From Chrysomallon squamiferum (lineage: Eukaryota > Animalia > Mollusca): a DNA stretch of 64,000 nucleotides. The stretch spans positions 21,514,001-21,578,000 of the forward strand of contig CM022665.1 in NCBI GenBank assembly GCA_012295275.1. Direction: 5' to 3'. The notes beneath the pieces are model-generated. The model made no database searches. It worked only from the letters and a program-made list of their open reading frames with translations, and was not told where the DNA came from. The stretch's first letter is position 1, and the number at the start of each line of letters is the position of its first letter. A program made the translations under genes and the position numbers. Below, one piece after another: positions 47,867 through 61,999 of this stretch.

Positions 47867-48713
47867 CATCATCAAGGTAAGATAGCAAAGGGAATATTTC
47901 GTCGATTGATAAAACGTAAAATGTATATCGTGTACCGGAATTCGGGCGCACTGCTGTAATTCTTCTAACTGGCCTTTTATCGATGCAGTGTTTGCAAACA
48001 AACAGAATCGTAAAAATCGGTTCTTCAGAAATGGGAAAATTGTCCACACGTTCAGAGCTTTTGATTCACGTGTATTTCCCATGGACCCAAATTTAATTCT
48101 TTTCAGCCATGATTCTATAATAGAAAAGTGCATTACGGTATGACGGCTGTTGGTTCATACGTTAACTAGCGTCAGCGAGCGGAATAAATATTAGCCCTGT
48201 TACCTTCCCTTGGGTCGTCAGTCCATACAGGAATATTTGCTTTAATTTTCTGCCTCTATTACAATTGATTTCTTTTATATTAAGCGCCTCGTTAATTCTC
48301 CATTTGTCTAGCATGATGACCTTGTCAGAATGTTATGAAAGAGACGGAACGGAATGGAGCGTGCGAAACGTCTATTCGGCTGGTTTCTGATCGTATTGCA
48401 AACTTCACTGCTTGTCGAATTCAGCAAAACACGGTGATTTGTGACCCACGGTTTCAAGAACAGTTCTTGTTTAGACCTTTTGTGACGTCCGTTTTCCAAA
48501 ATATTCGCTTTTAGAAGTAAACAGTCCTATTTATTTCAGTAACTGAGCTTATTTTCGAGCTTTGGAAGCTAAAATATTTATTTTTTATGATATGTATTTC
48601 ATGTTATTGCTGTTGATTTCATTTTTTTTTTATTTTTTTTTTATATTTATTTATTTATTTATTATTTACTTTTTTATTTATTTATTTTTTTTTTTTCATT
48701 TTTTAGGGATGTT

Positions 48714-48745
<32 letters not shown>

Positions 48746-50886
48746 CTCTAAATTATTTGTTCTGTACGTCATTGCATCATTATTATCATGTCATATCATT
48801 CATTTGGTTTATGAAGTCAGTAATATTCATATTATTTATTCCAATATTTTATTTTAATGTCATTTATTATATATTAATTATACTTTGTAATTTGCGTTGT
48901 ATATTTCCTACAACATTATTTTTCATGCCATATATTTTCTAATTAAGCGTCGTAACGTCGTAGTAGATTGTGTTATTAATTCAATGCAAGGAGTAACGTC
49001 ATTATATTTCATACCATATATTTCCTAATTAAGTACCATAACATTATTATACTTTTTGCTGTTAATTCATTAATATCATTAAACATCATTATTTATGATA
49101 TCAAATATTTCCTAATTAAACATATGATAATTACGTCAGTATTGTTTATTCTGTTAAATTCGCTTTACTTTTGATACCATATAATTTCCTAATTAAACAA
49201 TATAACGTTATTAAAGTTTATAATACTTATTCCCTATAGATTTTAACGTCATTATTTTTTACTCTCTCTATTCAGTATGCGACACATCATTATCTGGATT
49301 TTCCCATTTATAATTCATTACTGATTCGCTATTCACGTCACATAACGTTATTACTTATGACGTTCCAAATATACGATATAACATTATTAAGCTTCATGCT
49401 ATTTCATGTAAGCATAACAACATTATTTTCTTAACACATTCTGCGTTTATTAGGTTGTCCTTATTACGCAACTTGTAATTATGCAGCTATATAATCTAAT
49501 ATACATGACTAGAACTAACCTCAATTTAGATAATACAATACCTAGGCACATTTTACGCATGCATTTGAAATCTTGCTACAGTTTTTAATCAACTGATTAA
49601 ACATTTGTTTTTAGTAATTTCATTTATTTACGAAAATAGATTTGCATGGTTTGCCATTTATTAGAAAAAAAAATGTCTTGAATTCTTGATGTAATGTTAT
49701 TTTTATTTTTCAGTGAATAATCTATATAAGCATTAATAAACGTCTACTGAAATGAATCCAAAATTTAATTCTTACAAATCTTCAAGGTAATTTCAGCTAC
49801 CTTTGTAATAATAAGAAAAATTCCTTTATTATAAAAATAATAATAATAATAAATTAATTAATTAAAGTAAATAAACAAACAAACAAACAAGGCTCTCGAA
49901 TTCTACTAGCTGTTATTGCTACTCTGGAATTATTTTCAGCATTAATACATAAACAAATCGTATGATTAATTCTTACAAAGTTTCAAAGCAATTTTACCTC
50001 ATTATATAATAACAAGAAAAAGTTGTATACGTATTTCTACCTTGTATCCGACATGACTGGCATGACAGAATGAAATCTATTAGTGAACGAACCATTCCGA
50101 TCACTTTGCCATGTTGAAAAAATACACCGATCTAGCTGAAACACAACTATTTTGAAGTCTACTGAATGTATATGCTTTGTAATTTATTTTAATATCGCAG
50201 TTACGTTTTAATACATTCAAACAGAGAAATAACACAGAAAAGTCTTCGTTTATTGTTTAATACTTATTTGTGTACATACGATTAGAAATAACTTACAAAA
50301 CCAAAGTATTTATCAAATAGAAACAAATAGCGTTACCCAGTATCAGACTAACTAATAGAAATCATCGTAGTGACCATTGCAGACCAATCGTATTGAGTCC
50401 TACAAACCAACATCATAGAATGTTAAATTCTTAAGCTATGGAAAAAATAAATAATACAAATAAATAATAATAATAATAATAATAATAATATTAATAAATC
50501 TTTAACAAAACCCCCCAAAAAAATAGAAGATGAAAAAAAGGAAAGTAGAATAGGAAAAATTCTTCCAGACATGGTTGTGCTTCACAGACATATTCAAGGC
50601 GCCAACACATTTTAAAAATATGGCTTTTCCTATAAATATTAGTTTCGTCTTTCTTGCTAATTGCAGTGTAAATATTTGACCTTTACCACGTCAAGACTCA
50701 TTAAATAAAATCAGGAAACTTGTTATTAATCGTCTTCGATTATATTGATAAACCATCTGTTATTTTTACGTCATTCTTCCAAATATTTATTTTATCGATT
50801 AAGCTGATGATTTTTTTTCTTTTCTTATTCCACTTTTGTAGTCATGTTCGATTGTAAAATATAAAGTTATGAGCAAACGATCCTTG

Positions 50887-50917
<31 letters not shown>

Positions 50918-53062
50918 TAATATATTTATTATTAAATTACATTTATAAATTATATTTTGAATATTTAAAAAATAAAAACTATAAGCAATAACACCGAAGA
51001 TCTATTTTTAATATAATATTTATTTACCGTCCTCTATTAAATACTTTATTTTTATTTTTCTAACAACTAAATACATTTTGTTTTTTTTAAATCTCATCGA
51101 TGAAAATATGCAAAAACAAAATAAAGACAGATATATTAGGTCCCAGTATATAATGCAAAACACCCATATTAATTACACAAACTTTAGACAACCTTATGAG
51201 AGTAAAAAAGAAAAAGATAAGAAAGCCAATTATACAAGCGTGAGAACGGTAGGTGAAACCCACCCCGTCACTGGTGTAGTACCACCAGTTATCTCCCCAC
51301 CAAATGTTAACTAACACATAGTGGAGATGTAAATTCATGTATTAGTTTCCTATATGTGAAAGATTCTCATTCAAAATGCACCTAACGTGTACCAATGCAG
51401 TGTTTAAAAAGCGTTTTGTCAACAAGCAAATTTAAAGCATATTAAAGTAACCTTAACATCAGTCTTGGAAAATAAAATAACTAATTGCTGATAATATCAA
51501 CAGATATTAAATAAATTGTCAACACCAACGTTTTCTAATAAGAATGTATGGCAATAAAATGACTAATTCCTTATAATATCAGCAGACGTATTACATATAT
51601 TGTCAACACCAACCTTTCCTAATAATAACGTATGACAAATAATACAGCTGAATAAATCACGGTAATGTTTGTGTATCTTAAGAAACTTGATTCTAATCTA
51701 CATATTAAGATTTTATTTTAAAACTCGTAAAGAAAACAAAAGATAGCGACCTGTTACATGAGTAAGGCATAAGAACAAAGAAAGCATCTGAAAATTAATA
51801 TTTTTTCTCTTCAAACGAAAATAAAAACTCGATGAATATAATATTTTTATAAACCAAATACGTCACGAATATATAAAATATTAATCACGTGATATGCAGG
51901 CACGTGGGCATACTATTACAAGGACACTTAATATGCGTAAAACACGACAATGAGGACTCGAAAAACAATTAAGAGAAGAAAAAAAAAATCACTCGTTTCG
52001 TGAAATCTAACAAAAACAGTTAAAAATTATGTACATACTAAATCTAACTATCAAACAGTAGTGTGACCGATTTCTACCAGTGATCTTCATTAAATGTTGT
52101 AAAAATTTAGTTTTTTTCTATTATTGTTATTATTATATACAAAATTGATAAATATATGTAAAATAACCGCCATAGGGGTGTTTTCTAAACGCAATGTTCC
52201 CTGGCCCATTTTAAATTGCACGAACTTTTATATGCGTTTTTTTTTTTAATTTTATTCTTAATAAATATATAACTGAAATTATTAATAAAACTATTAAATA
52301 ATAATAATAATAACAATGTCGTTGTCAGTGACATTGTCTTTATCATTATTATTGCTGTTACTATTATTGTTATTATTATTTTTATTATTGTTGTTATTAT
52401 TATAATTATTATTATTATTATTATTATTATAAAACCGAACACTAGTCATATTTCATGGGAACCAGTCACAGTTGTTTCAGTAACGATCATGCAATATTTA
52501 AAATTATATCACTGCGCAACAAAAGATTCAATTATTTGTTTCTTTTTCACTTATATACGACAAAACTGCACAACACCGTTTAATACTGTATTTATAGAAG
52601 ATATATATAAAAAAATATGTACCCTTGTTGTTGTTGTATATTTGGATTTTAATATTTTTCTCTTCTTTCCATTTTGGCACAAAAACTTACATTTGTAGGC
52701 TAACACACACACACACAAGCGTATAATATACGTAATAACACATCTTTAGATTAGTCTGTAATAATCGTAAACTCCGGTATCTTCACAACAAATCTCATGA
52801 AATTTATTATTACTAAAATCGTTTGGTTAAGACTGTTAGAATCGGGTTAGCTATAACAAGACACTAGTAAAGAAGCTGTAGTAGTATTAGGTGAAATAAA
52901 GAGTAGGAGGAAGAATATGGAGTAGGGAGAAGGAAGAAATAGGTGTATCTTATTTTTAGTAAATTAATTATATATTCCACATGTGTAACGACAACCCCCT
53001 ACACAATAAAAAAAAAAATGTAAAAAAAAAAAAAAAAAATAATAATAATAATAATAATAAAA

Positions 53063-53097
<35 letters not shown>

Positions 53098-54799
53098 ACA
53101 GATAGATAAATAAAAATAATAAAATAATAATAATTATAATAATAATAATGTTTCTTTTACATGTCCAATTAATTTATATCGGCAACAAGAATTTAAAAAA
53201 AAAAAGGCAAAAGGAAATATACTAATATATCTAAATGAAGACATAAGAAACTACAATCCCCCCACACACATACAATTACACAGCTATTCTAAAAGCGTCA
53301 ACATAATTCTTAAATGATGTCTTCTAGTAATGAAGCATATAAAGTATGTTATAAAACAAGTAAGAGAGTCAGTATAGTGACTCAAACAACAACGAAAACA
53401 ACTGAATAAGTACAGGCTGCAGCGAAGGGCTTTAAGTAGAATTGTCATAATCTGTATATAACGCAGTACTCTACGTGTGCTTACAATTATAATCAGACAT
53501 GTATGTACAAAAGCCTGGGGACATTAGATACGACGGTTTTCAAGTAACGAAATATTGACCAACGAACTGAATATAATGCAGCAGTCGGCGTTTAGCGAAA
53601 ATAATCGCTCTAGGTTTTGAAAGTGACAAAGTAGATGGTGTTTAGAAATCCAAACATGACCACAATATAAGCGCCAGATTTTCAACTGTTGTTTAGAAAT
53701 CGATTACAATCAATATGACTGGGTACTATGCGATAGGCATTAAATATGACTATGTTATTGGCGTCAGTAATGGAAAATGGACAAGTAATCGATGTTAAAA
53801 ATTACCAAAAAGTGGAAAAGATGAACTGATGTCCTCTGGTGGAGTATTATGATGAAACAAAAAGTCGACATTTTCTAATAAGACAAAAACCGTTAATACA
53901 GTATCTACTGAAGTAAGAGCAGAGTTACTTCCCCTCATGTATGAATACTGAGCTATCCAAGAAAGTGGCAAGAAAAATGCTCGATAAGAAAATCTGTTAC
54001 GTATTTGATATAAATAATGTTGTATTTATTATGTTTGTATAAATCAAATGATGATAATACAAGACAAGCCATATAAGAGACGACTTTTTTAACGAAATAA
54101 ACGTGGCGACGTCAGTTAATGAATTGTAAAGATTGTAAAATTGTTTTACTGAATATAGATAATTGATGACATCCACTTTCAAAAATCATTAGAAAAAGTA
54201 CATTAGCTATTTATCGTTGCTTTTGGTGTTAATACGGTAAGTGAAACAATGTAATTACGTTAATCAAGATATGAAAGATGCGTCAATTTATCAAGACCAT
54301 TACTGAAATAAAACTCATTTTAAAAAATCTCAATTTATAGTGAAGTTTGTAGAATATATGAAAACTGGTAGATGTAGCTAAATTTACCAAATTTATTGTA
54401 CAAAATGTGAAATACAGAGATGTAAGCTGAGATTACCGCAGAATATAAAAACGGTGGAAATGAAATACATTACTGTAAATAATAAAATATATGAAAGAAA
54501 AATAGAAAATTTAAAAAACATATAGAAAAAAAAAATGACCAATACCATTGTATTTATCAAAAAACCTTTCACATTATGGAAAGCAAACAAACGTATATCA
54601 TTTTACCGAGATTATTTCTGGACTATATAAAAATTTGACCGACATCTCTGAATTTCTAATTTCTGAAGATAGATAATAAAATTACATGAACAAACTTACT
54701 TCTACCGTTCATAATTATTATTATTATTATTATTTAAAGTTTATTTATTGTTATTTTTTCAAAATGATCCAACGGTGAATAGCAACGGCTGGACTCTGT

Positions 54800-54981
54800 T
54801 TAGAGGACAATACACGATGAAGATTTGTGTTTGCCTGACGCCAGCTCCTTCTCAAAGCGAATGACCTCCTTGATTCCAGTGACCATCTCCTTGACGGCGT
54901 CAATTTCTGTCAGTCCAAGTCGTCGTTTGTTGGAGATGTCGTACACTCCGCCCTCACTCTCAGTGTGTTCGCCATGGATTC
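54800..54981 (-). CDS. AK: AK domain 2 last exon with CaaX
   Basis: [40 protein letters not shown]. Confidence 0.93.
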
Positions 54982-57900
54982 CTGTTAATTAAAATAAATT
55001 GTTACGTTGTTATTAATTTGTTTTATTATTATTTTCGACTTACGAGAATGTGTTTTTGAAGTTAATGTAGCGAAACGGAAGTACTGTATAATATCATCTT
55101 AATCAAAGGCGAAAAAAAATGTGCTTCATAGTAAAATAAAATAATAACAGCAGAAGAAAATAGAATAAAAATCCTTTTCGATTACGTTTTCCTATTACAA
55201 CTTATAAATTACGTTAACTCCGTAATACAACACAACACTATAAATTAATAATGAAGTGATTCTTCCGTTACATGCAAACTTCCAAAAACATGTTACATGA
55301 TGTGGTACATGTTAAATCCTTGATAAAATAAACCCTACTTTAAATTACGTTTTGATAATGTAGTGATTTTTTCCGTTACCTGGAGACGTACACAAATTTT
55401 ACGTTACGTTTTCCTATCACACTTTCTGCACGTTAAACCTGCCTAATACAATAAATTATACTCCAAATTATGATTTTAATAATGAAGTGATTTTCCGTTA
55501 CCTGGAAACGTACAAAAACCTTTTACGTTAGGTTTCCCTGTTACAAGTGGTACACGTCAAATCGTTGATAAAATACCAATGATTTAAATTACGTTTTAAT
55601 AACGAACTAGTTTTCCGGTTACCTCTGGCTTGCAGTTTGTATTTCTCACAGAGATTCTTGAAGTCCTTCCTGGCGGATAGATGAGGAATCTTGATATGGA
55701 CCGACGCTCGAAGAGTGGTTCCCAGATTGCTGGGACAAAAAGTCAGGAAGCCAAGACGATCGTCGTGAGCAAAGGACAGCTTGCTGCCAAGTTCGTTAAT
55801 AGCCTTTTAAAAAGTGAACACGATAGTTTTAGTGATTATCAAACATTCAAACATAGAAGCTTTATGATATTCAGTCGTCAGTGGACAAAGTTAGTATATT
55901 AGCTGGAGGAAGCATACAGAGTAAGAGGAGGAAGAATAAGGATGGAGAGGAAAATGAAAAGACAGAGGGATAAGAAGAGAAGAACTGGCAAGAAGATTAA
56001 GAAACCAGAAATATATTAAAGATATCTAATATACAAGTATAAATATATAATTTAATTAATACGACATGTTTTGTTGTTGTTCGCATAAATACCTACGCAA
56101 CCAAATGCACAAGAATAGCGAAACTATTCTTACTGAATCAAAGAATGTAACTAAACAAAGGAGTATGTTAAATTACATAATTTCGTATTTAAGACATTTA
56201 TGAAAATTAAAACCTATTCTGCCTATTAAGTCACTTAACTGTCAATACTGCTGTGCGATACAATATATAAATATTTTAAGTGTTATGTAATTTAATAATC
56301 AAGACATCAAAGAAAACTAATCCCCATCTCGTCTCTTTAGTCACTGATAATTGTGAATATAGCTCTATACGATACTTTAATATTTTAAGTGTTATGTAAT
56401 TTAATATTAATGATATTTAACAAAGCTAATCCCTGTCGCATCTACTGAGTCACTATTAATTGTGAATATAGTTTTGTGCGATATAACATATGAATGTTTT
56501 ATATGTGTTATATAAATAAATATTAAAGACATTTATGATAACTAATCCCTATTTCATCTATCAAGTGACTATTAAATGTGAATATTGCTTTATATGATTT
56601 GATATATAAATAATTAGAATGTTATATTATTTAGTATTAAAGACATTTAAGAAACGAATCTGATTCATCTATTCAGTCAGTGATAATTGTGACTACTGCT
56701 CAGTACGATTTCGTAAATGAATAGTTCAAGTGTTTATATAATGGTCAAAGCACGGCTGACGTGTGCTACACTTACTGTCACAAGTCTTTTATAGATGGCC
56801 GCGATGTCGCCTCCTTTCTGCATGGATATAATTCTCAGATGGTCCTCCTCGTTCACCCACACAAGAAGTGTCTTGGGCTCGTTGTAAAAGATGCCGCGTC
56901 CTGTAGGCCAGTCGTTGTAACCACCAGCAGCCTTCAGGAATCTAAATAACAAATGACGACGACGTGAACTCCGTGACACTTCAGAATGATAAAGAGGAGT
57001 TGTTGTTGTTGTTGTTGTTGTGTGGTTTTTTTTTTTTTTTTGTGTGTGTTGTGTCTTTGTGTTTTTTTTTTTTGGGGGTTGTTGGGTGGTTTTTAAAAAC
57101 TTTTACATTTGCAAACTGTACTACGTTAGTTAAATATTTTTATAAACTCTTGAGACTGTCGTTTTAAGTGTTACCGTGTGTGTTTTTGTGACGTTTACGT
57201 TTGAACATTATGTGTAAATAACAAACGTCTATTAAATAAATGCGCTCGTTCAGAGAGGTACATATTTTGTTTGATTGCATGTTTGTTTATAGACACTTGC
57301 TATTGGACGTCATTTAGTGGTAAATAATACACAAAGCACATATCTCGTTCCAGAATGAGTTTTGAATGAAACGTAAAACTGACCGGTCATGGTCGTTGAA
57401 CAGGAAATGCTCGGCTGTGAGTTGTTCCTGTGTCTCCTTCGACATTCCAGACAGCGGGTAGTACGTTCCCTTCAGTTCTCCGGACAGCGTGGACAGAGCG
57501 TCCGCGGACACCTTCTCCATCTTCTCCCGATCCTGAAACCACAGTGAATCAATTAGTGAATCAGTCAGAAAATCAATAAATGAGCTAACTGGGGAATCAA
57601 CTGGAGAATTGATTCGTGAATCGTTTGGTAAATCGATTTCCGAATGAGTGAATCAACTGGAGAATCAGTTACTGAATCATTTGGTAAATCGACTGAAAAA
57701 CTCAATCACTGAAGAATGAATTAATGAATTAATGAGAAATGGAGAATCAATTGGTGAATCAATTAGGCAATCAATTAGTTAACTATGGAATCAATTGGTG
57801 AATCAGTGTGTGAATAAAATAATAAATAAATAAAGTAAAATCATGAAGAATGTATCACAATCGGAAATAAAAATATAAACCGAAAATGAAAATTACGAAT

Positions 57901-59666
57901 CAGAAGTATAGACAATTAATTTGTGTTGGAATTAATCCAGGATCAATTAGCGAACCAATTAATAAATCAAATAATTCAAAAAATAATAATAATGAAAACT
58001 TTATCGTAAGAAGAAATACAAATATAAACTGGACATATAAATTTATTTATGAACTACAAGTACAATTGATTAACGTTACTAATGTTAAAATTAAGCAGGT
58101 AGTAGTAAAACGTTTTCGCTGTTACATAGTAACATCAAGTTAAAAATGGTATAGTCTTTGTGACGGTTAAGTTTAAATTAGCAGTGTTGCTAACCTCTTT
58201 TGTAAGAACAGGAGGGAAAGCAAATTCCTTGTGACTTCTAGCAACCCTGATTCGAGTGGATATGATCATCTCGCCCTCGGGATCCAGGTCCCCGAATCCA
58301 AGGTCCTCCAGATCTCCAAACTTACTCTCTGGGTGTGATATGGCGTCGCTGGATTTGATTTTGTGATAATCCTTGATGACGGGGTCAAACAGTTCGGCGA
58401 AAACCGTGTAGGACTCCGGGTCTGCGGCATAAATCCCCACCCCACTGTCGAGATTAATAACACCTGAATAACAGAAGAATTGTGTAAAAGATGCTTTTGT
58501 TACAGAACATTAACAAATTATTTGAAGAATTTTAATTGTGGTCTCAAGTAACAGGTTAAATATGATTTTTATATTATTTACTTTGTTTTCTGAGACGGGC
58601 CGTTCTTATGTATTAACTATGACACAGTGATAGTAACATGTAAAAAAATCCGTGGAACTTCATAGGTGAAAACGTTTTTCTTTTGTAATTTTCTAGTAAT
58701 ATCCTACAGTATTACCGATACGTTTTGACATTTGTTTTCGCAATACCTAAATACATAATAATATCGAATTAAAACATTTTATATAAATAGTATAATAATG
58801 TTAAGTAATATGATTTTCATGAAGAAATACTTGACATTTCTCTTCTTTCTAACATTCGGTTGTTGTTGTTGTTGTTTTTTTTGGTGTGTGTTTTTTGTAA
58901 TTTACCTGATTTAATGCAGTCGCCAAGTGTTGCATTGTGGGACGTCTTCTTTTCTTTGATCTTCTCAAAGATGTCTTTTGTAAGATGTTTTTTCATCAAA
59001 GACTTACAATTCTTCGCCTTGTGCACGTGCTCAAACATTTCTTCTACCGTTTCTGGTTTCCTAAAATTAAAAATTGAAATTTGTGTGCCCTTACTGACGT
59101 TTATTTATCTTTGTAACACATCTTTTTATTAGTAGTAGTAGTTATAGCAGTAGTAATAGAATTAGTTGTAATAGTGGTAGTGGCAGTAGTAGTAGTAGTA
59201 GTAGTAGTTGTGGCAGTTGTTGTAGGAGAAGAAGGAACGGTAATGGTGGTGGTAGTAGTAGTATTAACTGTCGCAGCTGTAGTAATTGTAGTATTACTAG
59301 TAGTAGTACAAACTAATGCTTAGTTATAATTTTTTCTGATTGTTAATAACATCAGTTATTTGTGAATTATAAAAATATGCTCTGATTGTCTGTTTTAAGT
59401 TCCTGTCTCTCTCTCTCCTAACTTTTCAGTATACCTAATCCATTTCTTCTGATATAATAATATATTAAACAGTTTCTGCCTCATTACTTTCCCTATACAA
59501 CTTTCTAATTTATTTGCTCCGACAGATTTTTGATGCGGTTACGTCCCCTGCATCGTTCCATTTTCAATTTTACAGAGAATGCTTTACCTTTTTTATACAC
59601 TTTACACTTTTATATACTGAATGAAGCGTTTATAGAATACATCAGTTATGAAAGAAATACCATCAC

Positions 59667-59717
<51 letters not shown>

Positions 59718-60233
59718 GTAGTAGTAGTAGTACTAATACTATTATTACTATTATTACAGTTGTTACTATTATTATTATTATTATTACCAATATTATTATC
59801 ATTGTCGTTGTTGTTGTTGTAATCATTGCTATTATTATTATTATTATTCAGAAGTATGTGATTGAAACACAATTTAGTACAATATAAATATATTGTAGAC
59901 AGTATAACTATATTGTACACAGTATGACTATACGGTACACAGGACTGAAAAGCTTGATACCACATTTTACATCAAACGTTTAAAACTAAAATATGAAGGT
60001 TATTATTACCATGACAGTTCTTTCTCCAGTTTAATGAACTCCTTGACGCCGTTGTACATCTCAGTCACCGCCTGCACCTCAGACAGTCCCAGACGTCGTT
60101 TGTTGGAGACGTCGTACACGCCGCCCTCACTTTCTGTATGTTCGCCATGAATGCCTGAAAAGAAAAGAGTAACTTTAGGTGATATCGTATCTCTCTTCTA
60201 GTTTTGTTACTGTGCATAAATCCGTCTGTACGG

Positions 60234-60324
<91 letters not shown>

Positions 60325-60387
60325 CTTTTAAATTAGTAGTATCGAGAGAGAGAGAGAGAGATAAAGAGAGAAACACACACACACACG

Positions 60388-60453
<66 letters not shown>

Positions 60454-60966
60454 AAAACACACACACACACACACACACTAATGACCTACCTCTAGCCTGT
60501 AGATGGTACTTGTCACAGATATCTTTAAAGTTTTCTTTAGCTGCTAGGGTTGGGATCTTTATATGAACGGAGGCTCTCAGCGTGGTGCCCAGGTTACTGG
60601 GACAGAAAGTCAAGTAGCCGAGACGGTCGTCCCTCGCGAATTTCAGCTTTTCTTCCAGCGATTTTACAGCCTGAACGACAACACAAACAATATCTCTCCA
60701 GTTATTATAGTACGTATTACCAATAACGTGCATGGAAATAAGAAATAAAAAAGGAAAACGAAAATTCATGACTTTCTTTCAGACATTTCTCTTAACTCGG
60801 AACGTGGTAATACGAGAAAACAGAGGTCGACCTAGTTATTGACTTACTTATTGGTGTCAAATGGCGATTGAACTATTCACTAGTATTCATGAAAAAAAGT
60901 GGGTCATACAGGCATTCAGTATTTATTCATGATAATAAATGTCCTAATAATAAGGGTTATCAGTTG

Positions 60967-61021
<55 letters not shown>

Positions 61022-61831
61022 AATAATAATAATAATAATAATAATTTAATCAGGATTTGATTTTTCTTTATAGCAAGTGTTAACAAACGTTTTTATATAA
61101 ACACATATACACAGACACGTAACATTCACAAACTGACATAAAACACGCACGCATGCAAGAACGCACACAAGATAAAAATCGTTAGATTCCTATTATCACT
61201 AAATGAAACAAAATTTTAAAACAACAGTATTACAAAGATAAAGATAAATGATACCATCTAAATCTATCAGTTACACTGATGTATATTTTCCCTTGTTATC
61301 TGTTCTTTTCGATTCTCCAACCTTAGCCTGCCTTGTATTTTTTACTCACTCTTTATCGCGTTCTTTTCTTTTCACATACGTAAATACTGCAGCAGAGCTC
61401 GCTGACTAACTGGTTCTGTTTGCTATCTCTGTTTTTATTTTATTTTATTTTTTCTTCTCTGCCGTCATTTCAAGTCAGCATCTATATATCCATTACACTT
61501 ATCATTTTCATTTCGCTATCTGAAATAACAATTTCTCCATGTTTCCTTCCTTCCCTTTACCCCTGCCTTCATAATTTCCCACCCAGGATCAAAACCCAGC
61601 TAAGACTAATTTACAAGTATTTGTCCACAGGGAAATCTGGAAGTAACAGGAAAGTTTCTACAGACCTTTACAAGTCTTTTGTACACGGCGCCGATGTCGC
61701 CTCCTTTCTGCATAGAGATCAGACGCAGGTGGTCCTCCTCGTTCACCCACACCAGGAACGTCTTGTCGTCGTTGAAGAAGATGCCGCGACCAGTGGGCCA
61801 GTCGTTGTAACCACCGGCAGCTCGCAGAAAC
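54800..61831 (-). CDS. AK: Arginine kinase with at least two domains, 3' part; C-terminal CaaX
   Basis: Two copies each of NEEDH, CPSNLGT and GIHGEHTES; [10 protein letters not shown] arginine-type GS loop; nine GT-AG exons in phase. Confidence 0.93.
55180..55622. repeat. ~120-bp tandem repeat in the last AK intron
   Basis: TTCCGTTAC at ~55263, ~55371, ~55493 and ~55613. Confidence 0.75.
55623..55803 (-). CDS. AK: AK domain 2 exon
   Basis: [42 protein letters not shown]. Confidence 0.94.
56200..56735. repeat. ~120-bp degenerate tandem repeat in an AK intron
   Basis: AAGACAT..CTAATCCC..GTCACT.ATAATTGTGAATAT, 4-5 copies. Confidence 0.7.
56776..56941 (-). CDS. AK: AK domain 2 exon
   Basis: [45 protein letters not shown]. 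Confidence 0.94.
57384..57532 (-). CDS. AK: AK domain 2 exon
   Basis: [28 protein letters not shown]. Confidence 0.94.
57545..57810. repeat. Degenerate GAATCAATT-based short tandem repeat
   Basis: Repeated GAATCAA(C/T)TGG. Confidence 0.6.
58195..58463 (-). CDS. AK: AK domain 2 exon
   Basis: [37 protein letters not shown]. Confidence 0.94.
58906..59060 (-). CDS. AK: AK domain 2 first exon
   Basis: [38 protein letters not shown]. Confidence 0.9.
60010..60154 (-). CDS. AK: AK domain 1 final exon
   Basis: [36 protein letters not shown]; ends TG/GTAATA. Confidence 0.92.
60490..60670 (-). CDS. AK: AK domain 1 exon
   Basis: [42 protein letters not shown]. Confidence 0.94.
61666..61831 (-). CDS. 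AK: AK domain 1 exon
   Basis: [55 protein letters not shown]. Confidence 0.94.
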
Positions 61832-61999
61832 CTGTTAATGTGAAGAAACGAGTTAATGGAAGAGATTTGTTAACGTAAAAATAGGTTAGTGTGAAGAAAT
61901 GCGTTAATGAAAAATATGTTAATGAAGGAATGTGTTAAAGAAGAAACATGTGGAACTAAATTAAAGTAAGAAGAAGATGAAAAAGAAAAAAGAAAGAGA

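Noticed and set aside
54800-61831. Creatine or taurocyamine kinase assignment
   Set aside because: The short GS loop NLDSGVGIY and the D62/R193-equivalent residues are arginine-kinase type (visible for domain 2 only)
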